From an uncultured Candidatus Saccharibacteria bacterium (GTDB lineage: Bacteria > Patescibacteriota > UBA1384 > DTJR01): DNA of 64,000 nucleotides. The translations under genes were made by a program, and so were the position numbers. Of this stretch, positions 10,154-20,645 are shown in pieces. Position 1 is the first letter of the stretch. Each line of letters starts with the position of its first letter. The notes below the pieces were generated by a model that was not told the DNA's origin, ran no database searches, and saw only the letters and a list, made by a program, of their open reading frames with translations. The stretch is from NCBI GenBank assembly GCA_964473025.1, contig CAYYMZ010000001.1:24163-88162 (forward strand), read 5' to 3'.

Positions 10154-11987
10154 AAACGCCGTCAGAAGGACAGTCCGGATTGGCTGATCCGGTAAGCGCT
10201 TCATTAATATTTTTAAATTTAAAAATACTTCCGTCGAAAGAGTAACTGCATTTTGGTAAATAAGGGAGGTTGTAACCAAAATAGCTGTTTAAAACGAGCC
10301 GGAAAACATTGACCGAGCTCCCGCCCGAAGATAAATCATCACTAGTTGCTTTTGGTATATGGTAAGCGGCCAATATCCCGTATTTCATCTGGAGATTTTC
10401 ACTAGACAGCTGTTCCTTTTCAGCTAGGGTCATCTCCGCACTCGGTGCCTCGGCCCCAGCGGAGAGCATATTATCACGGGCAGGATAAGGGCCTTCATCT
10501 GATTGAATTATGATAATTGCCTGGCCGTCTGATTTCTGCAAGGCCGTGCTTACGATTTCTTTCATTTGGCTGTTGATAAATTCAACTTGACCGACATATT
10601 TTTCTTTAACTGGCTTGCCAATATTATTGATGCCCGTTGTTTTCGATAGTGAGCCATCAGCGTTAAAATAATACGGGTTGTGGGGCACTAGGATGTGGGA
10701 GAAAATAAATCTTGACCCCGGTGTTTGATCTGCAAGCTCTTTAAGTTTGCTTATGGAAGACAAAGATTGGTCTTTCTGGTTCATCCCTCCGTATGAAATA
10801 ATGGTAAAATTGCCGATTTTTATTCCGTGCACAATTGTTTTCCAGTAGATGCTGTTTGCCAATTCTTTCTTTTCAAATGTGTTAAGCGCGTAAATACGCC
10901 CAAAGATATTAAGGTGGGCGCCTGATTTATAGTCATTATCTGCCAGTGGCGCCTTGCTCGACACGTCGTAATATGAACCAAGATTATAATATTGATAACC
11001 GAGCTTTTTAAGCTCTTTGGCAACCGGAGAATAGAGGGCAGAATTAAAATAAGGCGCGTATGTCTGAAGTGAACTTTTGGCGAACAGTTGAGTCAAATCG
11101 CCGTGGTAGTTGGCCCGTAAAGTGGACGAGACAGAAGAAGCGGTGTTGGGATAATTAGCGTGCGCATTCGGATCGATTGAAAACCCGTTGTCTCTAAGAA
11201 AGTTAGCGAAATCCGAATTATCAAAGCCGAACCTATCTCTTAAAATATTTTCGTTTGTATATCGATCTAAGACAATATAGTAAATATCCGGTTTATCGTC
11301 GGGGTTCATATTGGCACCCTGTTCGAAAAGCGCCGCAGGCCGGTAGAAAAACTGCGGCCATTCTAAAACTGCGATGCGCAAAACAGAATAAAGCTGGATT
11401 GAAAATGTAACCAAGATTGCGATGACAGCTCCTCTGAAGAAAACATCTAGGTTTAATTTTCGTGACTTCATTAAACCGTCAACCTTGATAAACAGATAAT
11501 AAACAATCGCGACAAAGAGAACCACGAAGATAATTAAATTATAGCCTCCGAGAAAATCGATGATTTTAGATATAAAACCGACAGAACGAAATAAGTTCCA
11601 AACTGGTTGCAATATCATGTCGACTCTCCCTCTGATCGCGAAATAAAATCCAACTGCCAAGAGGAGAGCGACAAACCTGTTCTTTGTAAAAGGCCAAAAA
11701 GCCGTTAATGCCAGAAGCGCGCTGGAGACAGCGATTAAAATAAGAGGCAAAGCCAGGTCAAACAGGGAAATTTGCATTCTGTCTCTGATAAAGTCCGTCA
11801 ACGGCTGCAGGCTCAGCAGAAGAAAGATCGGGATCCACAACGCAAGAAAATTCTGCAGCCATTTCGGAGTAATATTCCCTAAAAAACGTGAAACTACTAA
11901 ATATGATTTTGCAAATCTTTTTGCCCACGATATTGCAACGGACTTATTTTCTCCAGTCTTTTTTACTCTTGATTTGACTTTTTTCAC
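10140..11987 (-). CDS. Membrane protein with sulfatase-like/alkaline-phosphatase-fold periplasmic domain
   Basis: N-terminal TM helices; PDIYYIVLDRY, HILVPHNPY, IIIQSDEG. Confidence 0.75.
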   Translation of the reverse strand: MKKVKSRVKKTGENKSVAISWAKRFAKSYLVVSRFLGNITPKWLQNFLALWIPIFLLLSLQPLTDFIRDRMQISLFDLALPLILIAVSSALLALTAFWPFTKNRFVALLLAVGFYFAIRGRVDMILQPVWNLFRSVGFISKIIDFLGGYNLIIFVVLFVAIVYYLFIKVDGLMKSRKLNLDVFFRGAVIAILVTFSIQLYSVLRIAVLEWPQFFYRPAALFEQGANMNPDDKPDIYYIVLDRYTNENILRDRFGFDNSDFANFLRDNGFSIDPNAHANYPNTASSVSSTLRANYHGDLTQLFAKSSLQTYAPYFNSALYSPVAKELKKLGYQYYNLGSYYDVSSKAPLADNDYKSGAHLNIFGRIYALNTFEKKELANSIYWKTIVHGIKIGNFTIISYGGMNQKDQSLSSISKLKELADQTPGSRFIFSHILVPHNPYYFNADGSLSKTTGINNIGKPVKEKYVGQVEFINSQMKEIVSTALQKSDGQAIIIIQSDEGPYPARDNMLSAGAEAPSAEMTLAEKEQLSSENLQMKYGILAAYHIPKATSDDLSSGGSSVNVFRLVLNSYFGYNLPYLPKCSYSFDGSIFKFKNINEALTGSANPDCPSDGVFNAQ

Positions 11988-13372
11988 TTTAGACCCTTAA
12001 CCTTCATTAAGTGAATAATGCGGTGACTTCCCGGAATTTTTTCTTTTTTAAGAATTTTGAATTTTTCGGAAAAACTTGCTTCAAATCCCTCGATTGTGTA
12101 TCCGGGGAAAATATCCTCGCGCGAGGCCAAAAGCCGCTTAGTGTTTGAGTCCTGTTTTGGCACAAATTCGATAATTAAATATTTTGAAGTTTTGGCAAAT
12201 AGTTGTGCGATGTAAGACAGCGGAAGGTTATTGGCGATCGCCAAGTGGTGGATAAAAGCCAAGCACATCGAAAGGTCAAAATTGCATCTTTCAACAAAGG
12301 CGGTTCGCTCCTCGTTATTCCAACCAATCGAAGGGCTTGGATTAGTCAAATCGACGATCATTGGAAATAAACTCTTATCATTATTTTTCTTGATCGTCAA
12401 ATAAGATCTTTCGATCGCAAGTTCGTCGATATCAGAAGCTACGGTGAAAATCCCTTTCTCCGAAGCAAGACGGCTAAACGTCCCGTCATTTGCACCCGCA
12501 TCCCAGACCGATTTCGGCTTGATTTTATCTATCCAACCAGATACGATCTTCTTCTTTGCCTGGAATGCCCCTTTGGAATAATTTGTGTCGTTGTAATATT
12601 CGCCCCAGACTGTTTTCTGCTGTGGCAAATTCAATGCGGTGGCGGTTGACTGCAGGCTAGAAATAATCCCCAACAGTTGATTCTTGGTAATTCCTCGCCT
12701 CCGTTTTTTTATAACGCTTGGGTCGGTATATTTTTGCTGGCCTTTTGCGTGAAAGTGTAAATGGATTCCGAGCCCTAAGGATAATTTGGTTTTCCCAGGC
12801 AGAAGGCGCGATGCTAAATCGAGCGGAATGCCGTCAAGGTAGATTTCAAGTAATTTATTTAACCGTAAATCGGTTTTAGACATCAGTGCCAAGGGAGCCA
12901 GGAAGTGCTGACAAAATTGTTTATATGCTACCCAGGGCTCTCCCGTTTCGTAAATGCCGAAGGATAAAGTGTCGATTAAAACCGGTTTTCCGCGCAAAAA
13001 CTGAATATTATATGCGGATGCGTCCTTAAGGGTCATGCCGTAGGATAGAGCGATTTTCTGAATTTCTATTGTTAGAAGTGCGGCATCCTTTAACTGGCTA
13101 AAACTCCATTCGTACGGATAAGATAAAAAAGGGATTTGCTCCAGAAGCAAAATTTTATAAGTGTCTTGGAAGCTCTTGTTTCGGACTTCTTTGTGATTTA
13201 CAATCAGGCCTTTATCCAACAATTCGGCAAATAAACCAGTGCTCATGAGCATTTCATATTCTCTTGCGTATGATTTATTTACTTGTCTGTAAACTAAGGA
13301 CCCAGAACGGAAAACAAAACCGCTTGGGTCCCTGAAAGAGGAGGGGACCTTATTTGGATTTTTTGAGTTCAT
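11984..13372 (-). CDS. NoeA-like protein (kinase-like N-terminus plus SAM methyltransferase)
   Basis: SFRDPSGFVF, SYPYEWSF, LKDASAYNIQF, WDAGANDG, LAFIHHL; start placed at MNSK. Confidence 0.8.
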   Translation of the reverse strand: MNSKNPNKVPSSFRDPSGFVFRSGSLVYRQVNKSYAREYEMLMSTGLFAELLDKGLIVNHKEVRNKSFQDTYKILLLEQIPFLSYPYEWSFSQLKDAALLTIEIQKIALSYGMTLKDASAYNIQFLRGKPVLIDTLSFGIYETGEPWVAYKQFCQHFLAPLALMSKTDLRLNKLLEIYLDGIPLDLASRLLPGKTKLSLGLGIHLHFHAKGQQKYTDPSVIKKRRRGITKNQLLGIISSLQSTATALNLPQQKTVWGEYYNDTNYSKGAFQAKKKIVSGWIDKIKPKSVWDAGANDGTFSRLASEKGIFTVASDIDELAIERSYLTIKKNNDKSLFPMIVDLTNPSPSIGWNNEERTAFVERCNFDLSMCLAFIHHLAIANNLPLSYIAQLFAKTSKYLIIEFVPKQDSNTKRLLASREDIFPGYTIEGFEASFSEKFKILKKEKIPGSHRIIHLMKVKGLK

Positions 13373-13637
13373 TTCCTTTGCTCTTTTCCTGGTTTTCTTT
13401 CTTCTTACGCAAACCGGAGAAAAATCTGATGATCCGGCTTCCATAGACCTTTAAAACATACCCAGCGCCAAGCCCGGCGCCGATTAAAATCTGGATAATA
13501 TAACTTCCCGTACCAGGGTCAAGATAAGCGTGGGCGTTTTTAATTGGCACAAGACATAACAGCAACAAAAGCAGAAACGGCGATTTCACACGCAAGGTGT
13601 TTATTTTTAATTTTGAACGAAATTTAATATCCGACAT
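13350..13637 (-). CDS. Small membrane/secreted protein with AYLDPGTGS motif
   Basis: Signal-like segment ending AHA, then YLDPGTGS, one TM helix and a basic tail; overlaps the NoeA-like gene. Confidence 0.7.
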   Translation of the reverse strand: MSDIKFRSKLKINTLRVKSPFLLLLLLCLVPIKNAHAYLDPGTGSYIIQILIGAGLGAGYVLKVYGSRIIRFFSGLRKKKENQEKSKGNELKKSK

Positions 13638-13719
13638 CTTTTTGCCCTCATTTATTAGATAGAATCCAAACTAGCTGTTTTTAAAGGTAACACAAATTTG
13701 AGTATTTTCAACACCGCGG

Positions 13720-14634
13720 GTGCGGTTAGTTTTACCCGTTGAACGTGACGGAAGTATCATACTTGACGTGACCAAAATCGAGCCGGGGGAGGGACATCGG
13801 CCTTTGGAGGCCAAGTATGCGGGCGCAGATCCCGCAGCTCTGCATCGGCTCACCAAACGAATCCGGGGGCCAATCTCGACCTACTGTTGGCCGGGTGAAG
13901 CAACCGCGCTTTTGGCACCGTTTGACAAGCTCCAAACCCTGCCCGAGCACCTGATCACAAAACTCAAGGCGAAGTACGGGGTGTGGGAGATTGGGGTGCT
14001 TCTAAACGAAGTGAGAAATACCGGCGCCCCCTACATCTGGAACGTCGCCGAGCCAAGCGGCGGTATGGCAGAAAGTGCCAACCTTGAGCTTGAGGCGATG
14101 CTCGAAATTGTCGAGATGGGGTTCTACAGGGAAGATGGCTGGGCGTCCTTTGATGTCTCGCGCCTTGCGAGTGCTGACCACTCGCAGGAAGTACTCGCCG
14201 AGCAGGAACGCTTGTGGCGTTCCATTAACCCCACCCTCGAGCGCAGGTGCGCGGTAGAGCTCTTGCCGATTGATCGTTTCGGCACAGATACCTTCAACGG
14301 GCGCCGTGGGATTATCTCGGTGCGCAAGGACGGCGGCCTCGGTTTTTTGAGAGCCGCTTACCTCCCTCTCAAAGAGGACGGATGGCGTCTGCGCGATCTG
14401 GAGGAGCATTTCGATCCGCAAAGCCAAACGAGCCAGATGCTCGACCGTAAGATCGTGGGGATTGTCGAGCGCATTGGCGGCAGATCGTCGCTGATGCTCG
14501 AGTTCGCCCCTAATGGCAGGCTTGATGAGTGCGGCCTGCACGTGGCCTTATCGGGCGAAGCGCTCAAGTACAACATCGGGCATCTAACCCGCTACGCGCT
14601 CGGTCCACGCGGTCTCGGCTGGATTAAGGACTAG
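13720..14634 (+). CDS. Hypothetical protein (GC-rich islet)
   Basis: 304 aa ORF co-oriented with the downstream HAD gene; no motif recognised; start uncertain. Confidence 0.55.
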   Translation: MRLVLPVERDGSIILDVTKIEPGEGHRPLEAKYAGADPAALHRLTKRIRGPISTYCWPGEATALLAPFDKLQTLPEHLITKLKAKYGVWEIGVLLNEVRNTGAPYIWNVAEPSGGMAESANLELEAMLEIVEMGFYREDGWASFDVSRLASADHSQEVLAEQERLWRSINPTLERRCAVELLPIDRFGTDTFNGRRGIISVRKDGGLGFLRAAYLPLKEDGWRLRDLEEHFDPQSQTSQMLDRKIVGIVERIGGRSSLMLEFAPNGRLDECGLHVALSGEALKYNIGHLTRYALGPRGLGWIKD

Positions 14635-14657
14635 CAGTACTACACAAGGAGGCAAAT

Positions 14658-15294
14658 ATGAATATCAGGTTTGTGCTGTTTGACATCGGTAACGTACTGG
14701 CGCTGGCGGATCGCCGGCGGACGGTGGAAGCGCTCATATTGCGCCACGGCGTCCCACGGGAGTTGGCCGAGGGTTACTTCGACCGCGCCGACTATGCCAC
14801 CCTAGGCCGGGGGGCAAATCAAGTGGGAAGAGTACTGTCAGCGTCTTCGTGAGCAGTGGCTTGTCGAGATCCCCGATGAAGATATTCACAGGGCACACGC
14901 TGGTCACATCTACGCTCTCGATGAGGAAGTAGCCGAATTGATTGCGAGAATTGAGGCCAAGCCTAATGCGCTAAAGGTGGCTGGTGTAACTAACACCAGT
15001 GGGGTCGAATTTGTGCGCTACTGTAATCTCAACGTAACCCTTGTTCTCGATCCGGTCTGGTGCTCATACCAACAAGGAGCGCTCAAAGGCGGTGAGGGGA
15101 TTTTCGGGCGGATTGTTGGCGCATGGATTCCGGATAACCTCGGCGTCGGGGTGGGGCCAGATCAGGTTCTACTCATCGACGATAGTCCCGAGAACTGTGT
15201 CGCGGCAGCCGCGGCAGGGCTGACAACGTTCCAGTACACTCCCTACCAACCCTGGCTTCTGGAGGCCTATCTCCGGGAGCAGGAAATTATATAG
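14658..15294 (+). pseudogene. HAD-family phosphatase (YihX-like), frameshifted at a G6 run
   Basis: SD AAGGAGG; FDIGNVL in the 5' part, TNTS and LLIDDSPEN in the 3' part; removing one G at 14809-14814 joins the two frames without a stop. Confidence 0.82.
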
Positions 15295-15323
15295 TGAGTG
15301 TCAGCGTAAAGGAGATGATCACT

Positions 15324-15347
15324 GGGGGCCCCGACAGGCCCCCTTTC
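15324..15347 (+). terminator. Intrinsic terminator-like hairpin
   Basis: GGGGGCC-ccgaca-GGCCCCC followed by a short T run. Confidence 0.55.
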
Positions 15348-15409
15348 CTATCTTGATATCTTTGCGTAAATCTTGTACCTTAGCCCTAGACAAATTAAAT
15401 AATTTTATT

Positions 15410-16324
15410 ATGAAACAGAAAATTGCAATCTTAGGGGTAGGGGGAATGTTAGGTTCGATGGTTTTGGATGTCATAGCTCAAGACACAGATTTTTCAATAA
15501 TCGCCACAGTCCGCGATTTGAAAGAAACGAAAAAATTGAAAAAATATAAAAACGTTGTTTTTCGTAAGCTTGACGTCGAGTATGCCGCCACAGACATGCT
15601 TCAGAAGGCGCTCAAAGGCGCCAAATGGGTCGTAAACTGCATCGGCATTATCAAGCCCTATATTCATGATGATAACGCGGTAGAAGTCGAAAGAGCGATC
15701 CGCGTTAACTCGCTCTTTCCCCATAATTTAGCTACGGCGGCCAAAAAGAATAAAGCCAAGGTCATCCAAATCGAAACCGACTGTGTTTATTCGGGCAAAA
15801 AAGGCAAATATACAGAAAGCGATCTACATGATGCACTGGACGTTTATGGCAAAACCAAATCAATCGGTGAAGTTTATTTTGATAATATGTACCACCTCCG
15901 CTGCTCGATTATTGGTCCAGAGTTAGCCGGACATCTTTCCCTGTTAGACTGGTTCTTGACCCAACCGGAAAATGCCAAACTGAATGGTTATCAAAATCAT
16001 CTCTGGAATGGTGTTACGACTTTGCAATTTGCCAAACTTTGCATCGGGATTATCAAGAAGGATATAAAGATTAATCATCTCCAACATATTATTCCGACGG
16101 GCAAGATTGCCAAAAGCGAAATGCTCAAGAGTTTCGCCAAAGAATTCAATCGTTCTGATATCGAGATTACGCCTGTTAATGCACCGAAAGTGGTTGACCG
16201 AACTCTCACAACCGAAAACATAAAAATAAATGAAAGAATCTGGAAAACAGCCGGTTACAAGAAAACCCCAACAGTCAAGGAAATGATAAAAGAGTTAGCG
16301 CAATATAAAATGGTGGTTGAATGA
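15410..16324 (+). CDS. dTDP-4-dehydrorhamnose reductase (RmlD)-family SDR
   Basis: GVGGMLG, ETDCVYSG, YGKTK; start placed at MKQK. Confidence 0.85.
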   Translation: MKQKIAILGVGGMLGSMVLDVIAQDTDFSIIATVRDLKETKKLKKYKNVVFRKLDVEYAATDMLQKALKGAKWVVNCIGIIKPYIHDDNAVEVERAIRVNSLFPHNLATAAKKNKAKVIQIETDCVYSGKKGKYTESDLHDALDVYGKTKSIGEVYFDNMYHLRCSIIGPELAGHLSLLDWFLTQPENAKLNGYQNHLWNGVTTLQFAKLCIGIIKKDIKINHLQHIIPTGKIAKSEMLKSFAKEFNRSDIEITPVNAPKVVDRTLTTENIKINERIWKTAGYKKTPTVKEMIKELAQYKMVVE

Positions 16325-17412
16325 AAGTCTTGACAATACTTGGAACCCGTCCCGAAATAATCCGACTTTGTTTAATTATTAAAAAATTAGATTCTCTTTG
16401 CGACCAGGTTTTGGTTCATACCGGACAGAACTACGACGTCAATTTAAATGAAATATTTTTGCGTCAGCTCGGCGTTCGCAAAATGGATTATCACTTTAAC
16501 GCAACTGGAACCCCCGCCGAGCAGATAGGCAAAATTTTAGTTGAGCTTGAAAAAATCATTAAGAAAGAAAAACCAGACCGGTTCCTGGTCTTAGGCGACA
16601 CTAACAGTTCGATTGGCGCTATTATGGCCAAACGGCTTCATATTCCCGTCTATCACATGGAGGCGGGCAATCGATGTTTCGATGACCGCGTTCCCGAGGA
16701 GGTTAATCGCCGGATCATTGACCATTCAAGTGATATTTTAATGCCTTATACCGAGCGTAGCCGCCAGAATCTTTTGCGCGAAGGCATTGCGGGGCAAAGA
16801 ATTTATGTAACAGGCAACCCGATTAAGGAAGTGCTTGATTATTTTGCTGAAGATATCGATGCAAGCCGAGCGATGGAAAAATTCAAAGTCGAAAAAGGTA
16901 AATTCTTTTTAGCAACGCTACATCGCGAGGAAAATGTCGATGTTGAAGAACGGCTTGCAAGATTTGTGCAGGCCTTCAACAAATTGACCGAAAAATACAA
17001 AATGCCACTTATCTGGAGTGTCCACCCGCGCACCAAAAAAAGAATTAAAGCAAATAAAAAACTTAAATTAAATAAGGCCGTTTGCGCAATCGAACCGTTG
17101 GGACTCTTTGACTTCGTGCATCTTGAGAAAAATGCCTTCTGTTTACTCTCCGATAGTGGCACCGTACAGGAAGAGGGAGCGATTTTTAACGTTCCAAACG
17201 TTACGCTTCGAGATGTGACGGAAAGGCCCGAAACCATCGAAGCAGGAAGTAATTTCTTAAGCGGTTGTGAGATAGAATCGATCCTGCTTGGTGTAAAAGT
17301 AGCGGTTCAGAAGGCGGACAGTTGGGACCCGCCCAAAGAGTATCTAGTTTCTGATGTTTCCTCTAAAATTGCCAAAATAGTTCTAAGCTATAAAAAAACA
17401 GAGCAATCTTAA
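16321..17412 (+). CDS. wecB: UDP-N-acetylglucosamine 2-epimerase, non-hydrolysing (WecB/FnlC type)
   Basis: GTRPEIIR, HTGQNYD, HMEAGNR, DSGTVQEE, TERPE. Confidence 0.9.
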   Translation: MKVLTILGTRPEIIRLCLIIKKLDSLCDQVLVHTGQNYDVNLNEIFLRQLGVRKMDYHFNATGTPAEQIGKILVELEKIIKKEKPDRFLVLGDTNSSIGAIMAKRLHIPVYHMEAGNRCFDDRVPEEVNRRIIDHSSDILMPYTERSRQNLLREGIAGQRIYVTGNPIKEVLDYFAEDIDASRAMEKFKVEKGKFFLATLHREENVDVEERLARFVQAFNKLTEKYKMPLIWSVHPRTKKRIKANKKLKLNKAVCAIEPLGLFDFVHLEKNAFCLLSDSGTVQEEGAIFNVPNVTLRDVTERPETIEAGSNFLSGCEIESILLGVKVAVQKADSWDPPKEYLVSDVSSKIAKIVLSYKKTEQS

Positions 17413-17454
17413 TAGGCTCTTTACCCTTTTCACTTTTAACTTTACCCTGTTTGG

Positions 17455-19428
17455 TTATTGAACGTAAGGGACTGCTTTCGGTTCGCCATTAGTATCGTTT
17501 ACTATTTTAAATAGTCGATAGCTTTTAGCTTTACTGATGTCCTCGAATAATCCTCCGTATGTATTCCAAAAATCTTCGCCTACCCTGTCTACAAGAAAAT
17601 AATCGTATTGGCCTGTCGCAAAAAGTTTTCTTAGCTGATCTGAGCTTGATCCAGACACCCAATAATCTTCTTTGCCTGGTTCTTCGATTCTTTTTAATTG
17701 CTCAGAACTGAATTTTCTCGGGAATATTTCGTAAGCTAAAATTGGCGACTCGACATCTTTGAACTTAGTATAGATAAATGTTCTTGACTTTTCCTCGGTG
17801 CGGCCATTTAAAAGATTAATCCAAGGCGTCAAACCATTTTTTAGTTGATTCGTCAGTTCTATATTTACGCTGGGGTAAGTATAGAAAACATTAATTGGAG
17901 GTGTTTCAAAAATAAAAAGCAATAGCAAAGCGCTACCCAAGATTGATAACGGCTTGGCATTTTCCTTTCTAAATAATCTGTCGCCGATCATAATCACAAA
18001 CCCGATGAGGGCGACGAAATATCCTATCGTGTAGGTGTTGATATATCTTACTATCGAAGTTAGCTCAAGAGCTTCCCTTAGGGGGTAAAAATAAGTGTAT
18101 GCGGCCATCAGAAGAACAAGGTAAGAGGCAAAGCCGGCCGTTAAGCTGATAAACAGAAGCAGGAAAATGCCCTTGTCTTTCTTCGTAAGGCATTTATAGA
18201 TTAAAAATGAAAAAATGAATAAAATTAATAACCACACAACCAAGGGAAATCTTTTCGTATTAGTCAGTTTTAATATCAGTTTCATTACGGGATTATTGTC
18301 TGTCAATGACTCAATCTTGGCTGAATCTTTTTGGAATGCCGAATTGATTCTTTGGGTTGCAAGGGCTTTTACAAATTTGGTTGCAATCAGTTTTTTATCC
18401 CGCCCAATTGGCTGGGTTTGTGGCTGGGTGCCTTGCGGCTCGGAAATGTTTTCAATCCTAAACTTCGAAGCAACATTAAATTGATTCAAGTAAACATACC
18501 AACTTTTATAAGCTAAAAAAGGCGTTGCAATAATTGCCAAAATGATCAGTACGTTAAAGACCGAAATTTTCAGGTTTTTTCTAGAATAAATACACAAATC
18601 AATCAAGTTTACTGCCGCAAGAATGTAGGCAAAAATCATTCCATTCTCTTTGATGGTGGAGAGCAAAAAGAGAATTGGCAAGATTAGCAATTTTTGTTTT
18701 ATCGATCTTAGAGTAAAAAGAGAGACCAAAATTGAAATCCCAAAGATAATTGCGATTACGTGGTCAACCAAAATGGACAAGAAACCAAACTGGCTGAATA
18801 AAAAGTAGCTTAAAAAGGAGAAAAGAACCAAGATGAGCAAAAGGTTTCCTTTGTAGTTAATTTTTTTCAAGGCCATAACATATGACAGGGCGGAAAAACC
18901 CAAAATACCTTGGGCGAAATAAAGCGCCTGCTCGCTAAATTTACCGAATTGGAGATAGAAATACTGGTTCAGCGAGGCAATTGGTGAATAATAAACACCA
19001 TAGTCAATAACTCCGCCGTATATACCGGACAGGCCGTGGTTATAAAAAATTAGCTTGGCATATTTTGCCCAGTAGAACTCATCGCTGTTATGCAGGGTTG
19101 CCCCTTGAACATAGGCAAACCAAACAATGCCAAGAGCAAGAAAAAACCAAAATTGGCTTGGTATCGATTTTAGGAAAATAAATATTTTTGCTGGCGAAAA
19201 CCGGTTTTTTATCAGGACGTATAGGGTGCAATAAATAAGTGAGGCAAGGCCGGCAAAAAAGATTAATTTATTTACCCAAAAGAGAAGACCGATGAAAGCG
19301 GATAAATATAATAATAAAATAATACTGGTACAAACAAAGAGAGGGAAAACCGAAATCAGCTTGGGATATTTTTTAGATAATACCCCAACAAACCCGATAA
19401 TTGACAAAAAACTCAAGAAATAGATCAA
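17455..19428 (-). CDS. Multi-pass membrane protein, probable GT-C-fold glycosyltransferase
   Basis: Many TM segments, DE dyad after early TMs (SDEFYW), IKENG; lies in the glycan locus. Confidence 0.55.
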   Translation of the reverse strand: MIYFLSFLSIIGFVGVLSKKYPKLISVFPLFVCTSIILLLYLSAFIGLLFWVNKLIFFAGLASLIYCTLYVLIKNRFSPAKIFIFLKSIPSQFWFFLALGIVWFAYVQGATLHNSDEFYWAKYAKLIFYNHGLSGIYGGVIDYGVYYSPIASLNQYFYLQFGKFSEQALYFAQGILGFSALSYVMALKKINYKGNLLLILVLFSFLSYFLFSQFGFLSILVDHVIAIIFGISILVSLFTLRSIKQKLLILPILFLLSTIKENGMIFAYILAAVNLIDLCIYSRKNLKISVFNVLIILAIIATPFLAYKSWYVYLNQFNVASKFRIENISEPQGTQPQTQPIGRDKKLIATKFVKALATQRINSAFQKDSAKIESLTDNNPVMKLILKLTNTKRFPLVVWLLILFIFSFLIYKCLTKKDKGIFLLLFISLTAGFASYLVLLMAAYTYFYPLREALELTSIVRYINTYTIGYFVALIGFVIMIGDRLFRKENAKPLSILGSALLLLFIFETPPINVFYTYPSVNIELTNQLKNGLTPWINLLNGRTEEKSRTFIYTKFKDVESPILAYEIFPRKFSSEQLKRIEEPGKEDYWVSGSSSDQLRKLFATGQYDYFLVDRVGEDFWNTYGGLFEDISKAKSYRLFKIVNDTNGEPKAVPYVQ

Positions 19429-20606
19429 TTTGCGGACCTAGTTTTTATACATTTTTGATAAATAATTACTATTTTGTCTGCAACCTTCCCGATATCAAAC
19501 TGTTTTAAGGCCACAGCGCAATTTTTTGATAAATTTGCTCTTTCATTATAAACCCATTTTATTTTTTGGGCAGTTTCTGCCGGGTTTTGCGGATCGCTGA
19601 CTACAGCTGCGCATTGGTATTTCATCAGCTCTTCTGAAATGCCAACATCTTTAGATAAACATACTGGCACATTGTGGCTTAATGCTTCAAGGGCGGCCAA
19701 AGAGAAGGATTCGTAGTATGAAAAAAGGACAAAAACGTCACTACTTGCGAAAAGTTCCTCCTTTGTCTTCCCCTCGACAAATCCAGTAAAAATAACATTA
19801 TCGCCTAATTGCAGGTCAGCAATTTTTCGGTCAAGTTTCGCTTTTTCTCCCTCATCCGGTCCCGCGATAATTAATTTATAAGAAGGATCGTTCCTGACGA
19901 GAAGGGCGAAAGCGTCTATTAGTCGGTCCAACCCTTTTATGAAACCCAATCGGCCAAGAAACAACAAAACCTTATCGGTTTCTTTAAGGCCAAATTTTTG
20001 GCGATTACTCCTTTCCCTTTTTTGCGTGGTGCTCGAAATAGGATTTAAAACAACCTCGACTTTATCTTTTAAATCTGGCATAAAGCTTAATAGCCGCTTT
20101 TTTTCCTGCGACGAGACAACCAGAATCTTTGACGCGTCTCGAAGCAACCGCTTGCCGTACAAAATATTGAAGATTTTTTTGATCAAGGTCTTCTTAAAAA
20201 GCGGAATTGGCGCAGGCATTTCATGCAGATGCAGAATATAGGGAATTTTGTATTTTCGGCAGTATTTGGCGCAAACAATATTTTGATAAGTAAAAAAAGA
20301 ATGTAAATGTACTAAATCGTAATCTTTGACGTGCGACCTAAAATATTTTTTGAAGCCCCTGGGTAAAAATAAATTGGCTTTTTTTGCCAAAACATTGCTG
20401 ACATTCCTAAACCTTAAAACTCTGACCAAGTCAATCACTTCACAAAGCTTACCTATTCGTTTAGTATGGTCGTATGCATCGGTGGTCAGAACCGTTACCT
20501 CGTGTCCACGTTTGGCTAATTCTCGAGATATGTCAAAGCACACCCGAACCGGACCACCGTAACCCCAGGCCGGCGCGAAAAATGGAATGATTTGCGCGAT
20601 TTTCAT
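19425..20606 (-). CDS. Glycosyltransferase family 4
   Basis: YGGP, FLGRLGFIKG, ESFSLAALEAL. Confidence 0.9.
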   Translation of the reverse strand: MKIAQIIPFFAPAWGYGGPVRVCFDISRELAKRGHEVTVLTTDAYDHTKRIGKLCEVIDLVRVLRFRNVSNVLAKKANLFLPRGFKKYFRSHVKDYDLVHLHSFFTYQNIVCAKYCRKYKIPYILHLHEMPAPIPLFKKTLIKKIFNILYGKRLLRDASKILVVSSQEKKRLLSFMPDLKDKVEVVLNPISSTTQKRERSNRQKFGLKETDKVLLFLGRLGFIKGLDRLIDAFALLVRNDPSYKLIIAGPDEGEKAKLDRKIADLQLGDNVIFTGFVEGKTKEELFASSDVFVLFSYYESFSLAALEALSHNVPVCLSKDVGISEELMKYQCAAVVSDPQNPAETAQKIKWVYNERANLSKNCAVALKQFDIGKVADKIVIIYQKCIKTRSAN

Positions 20607-20645
20607 ATAGTCAATATATCATAAAGCATAAGGTTTAAAAGCAAA

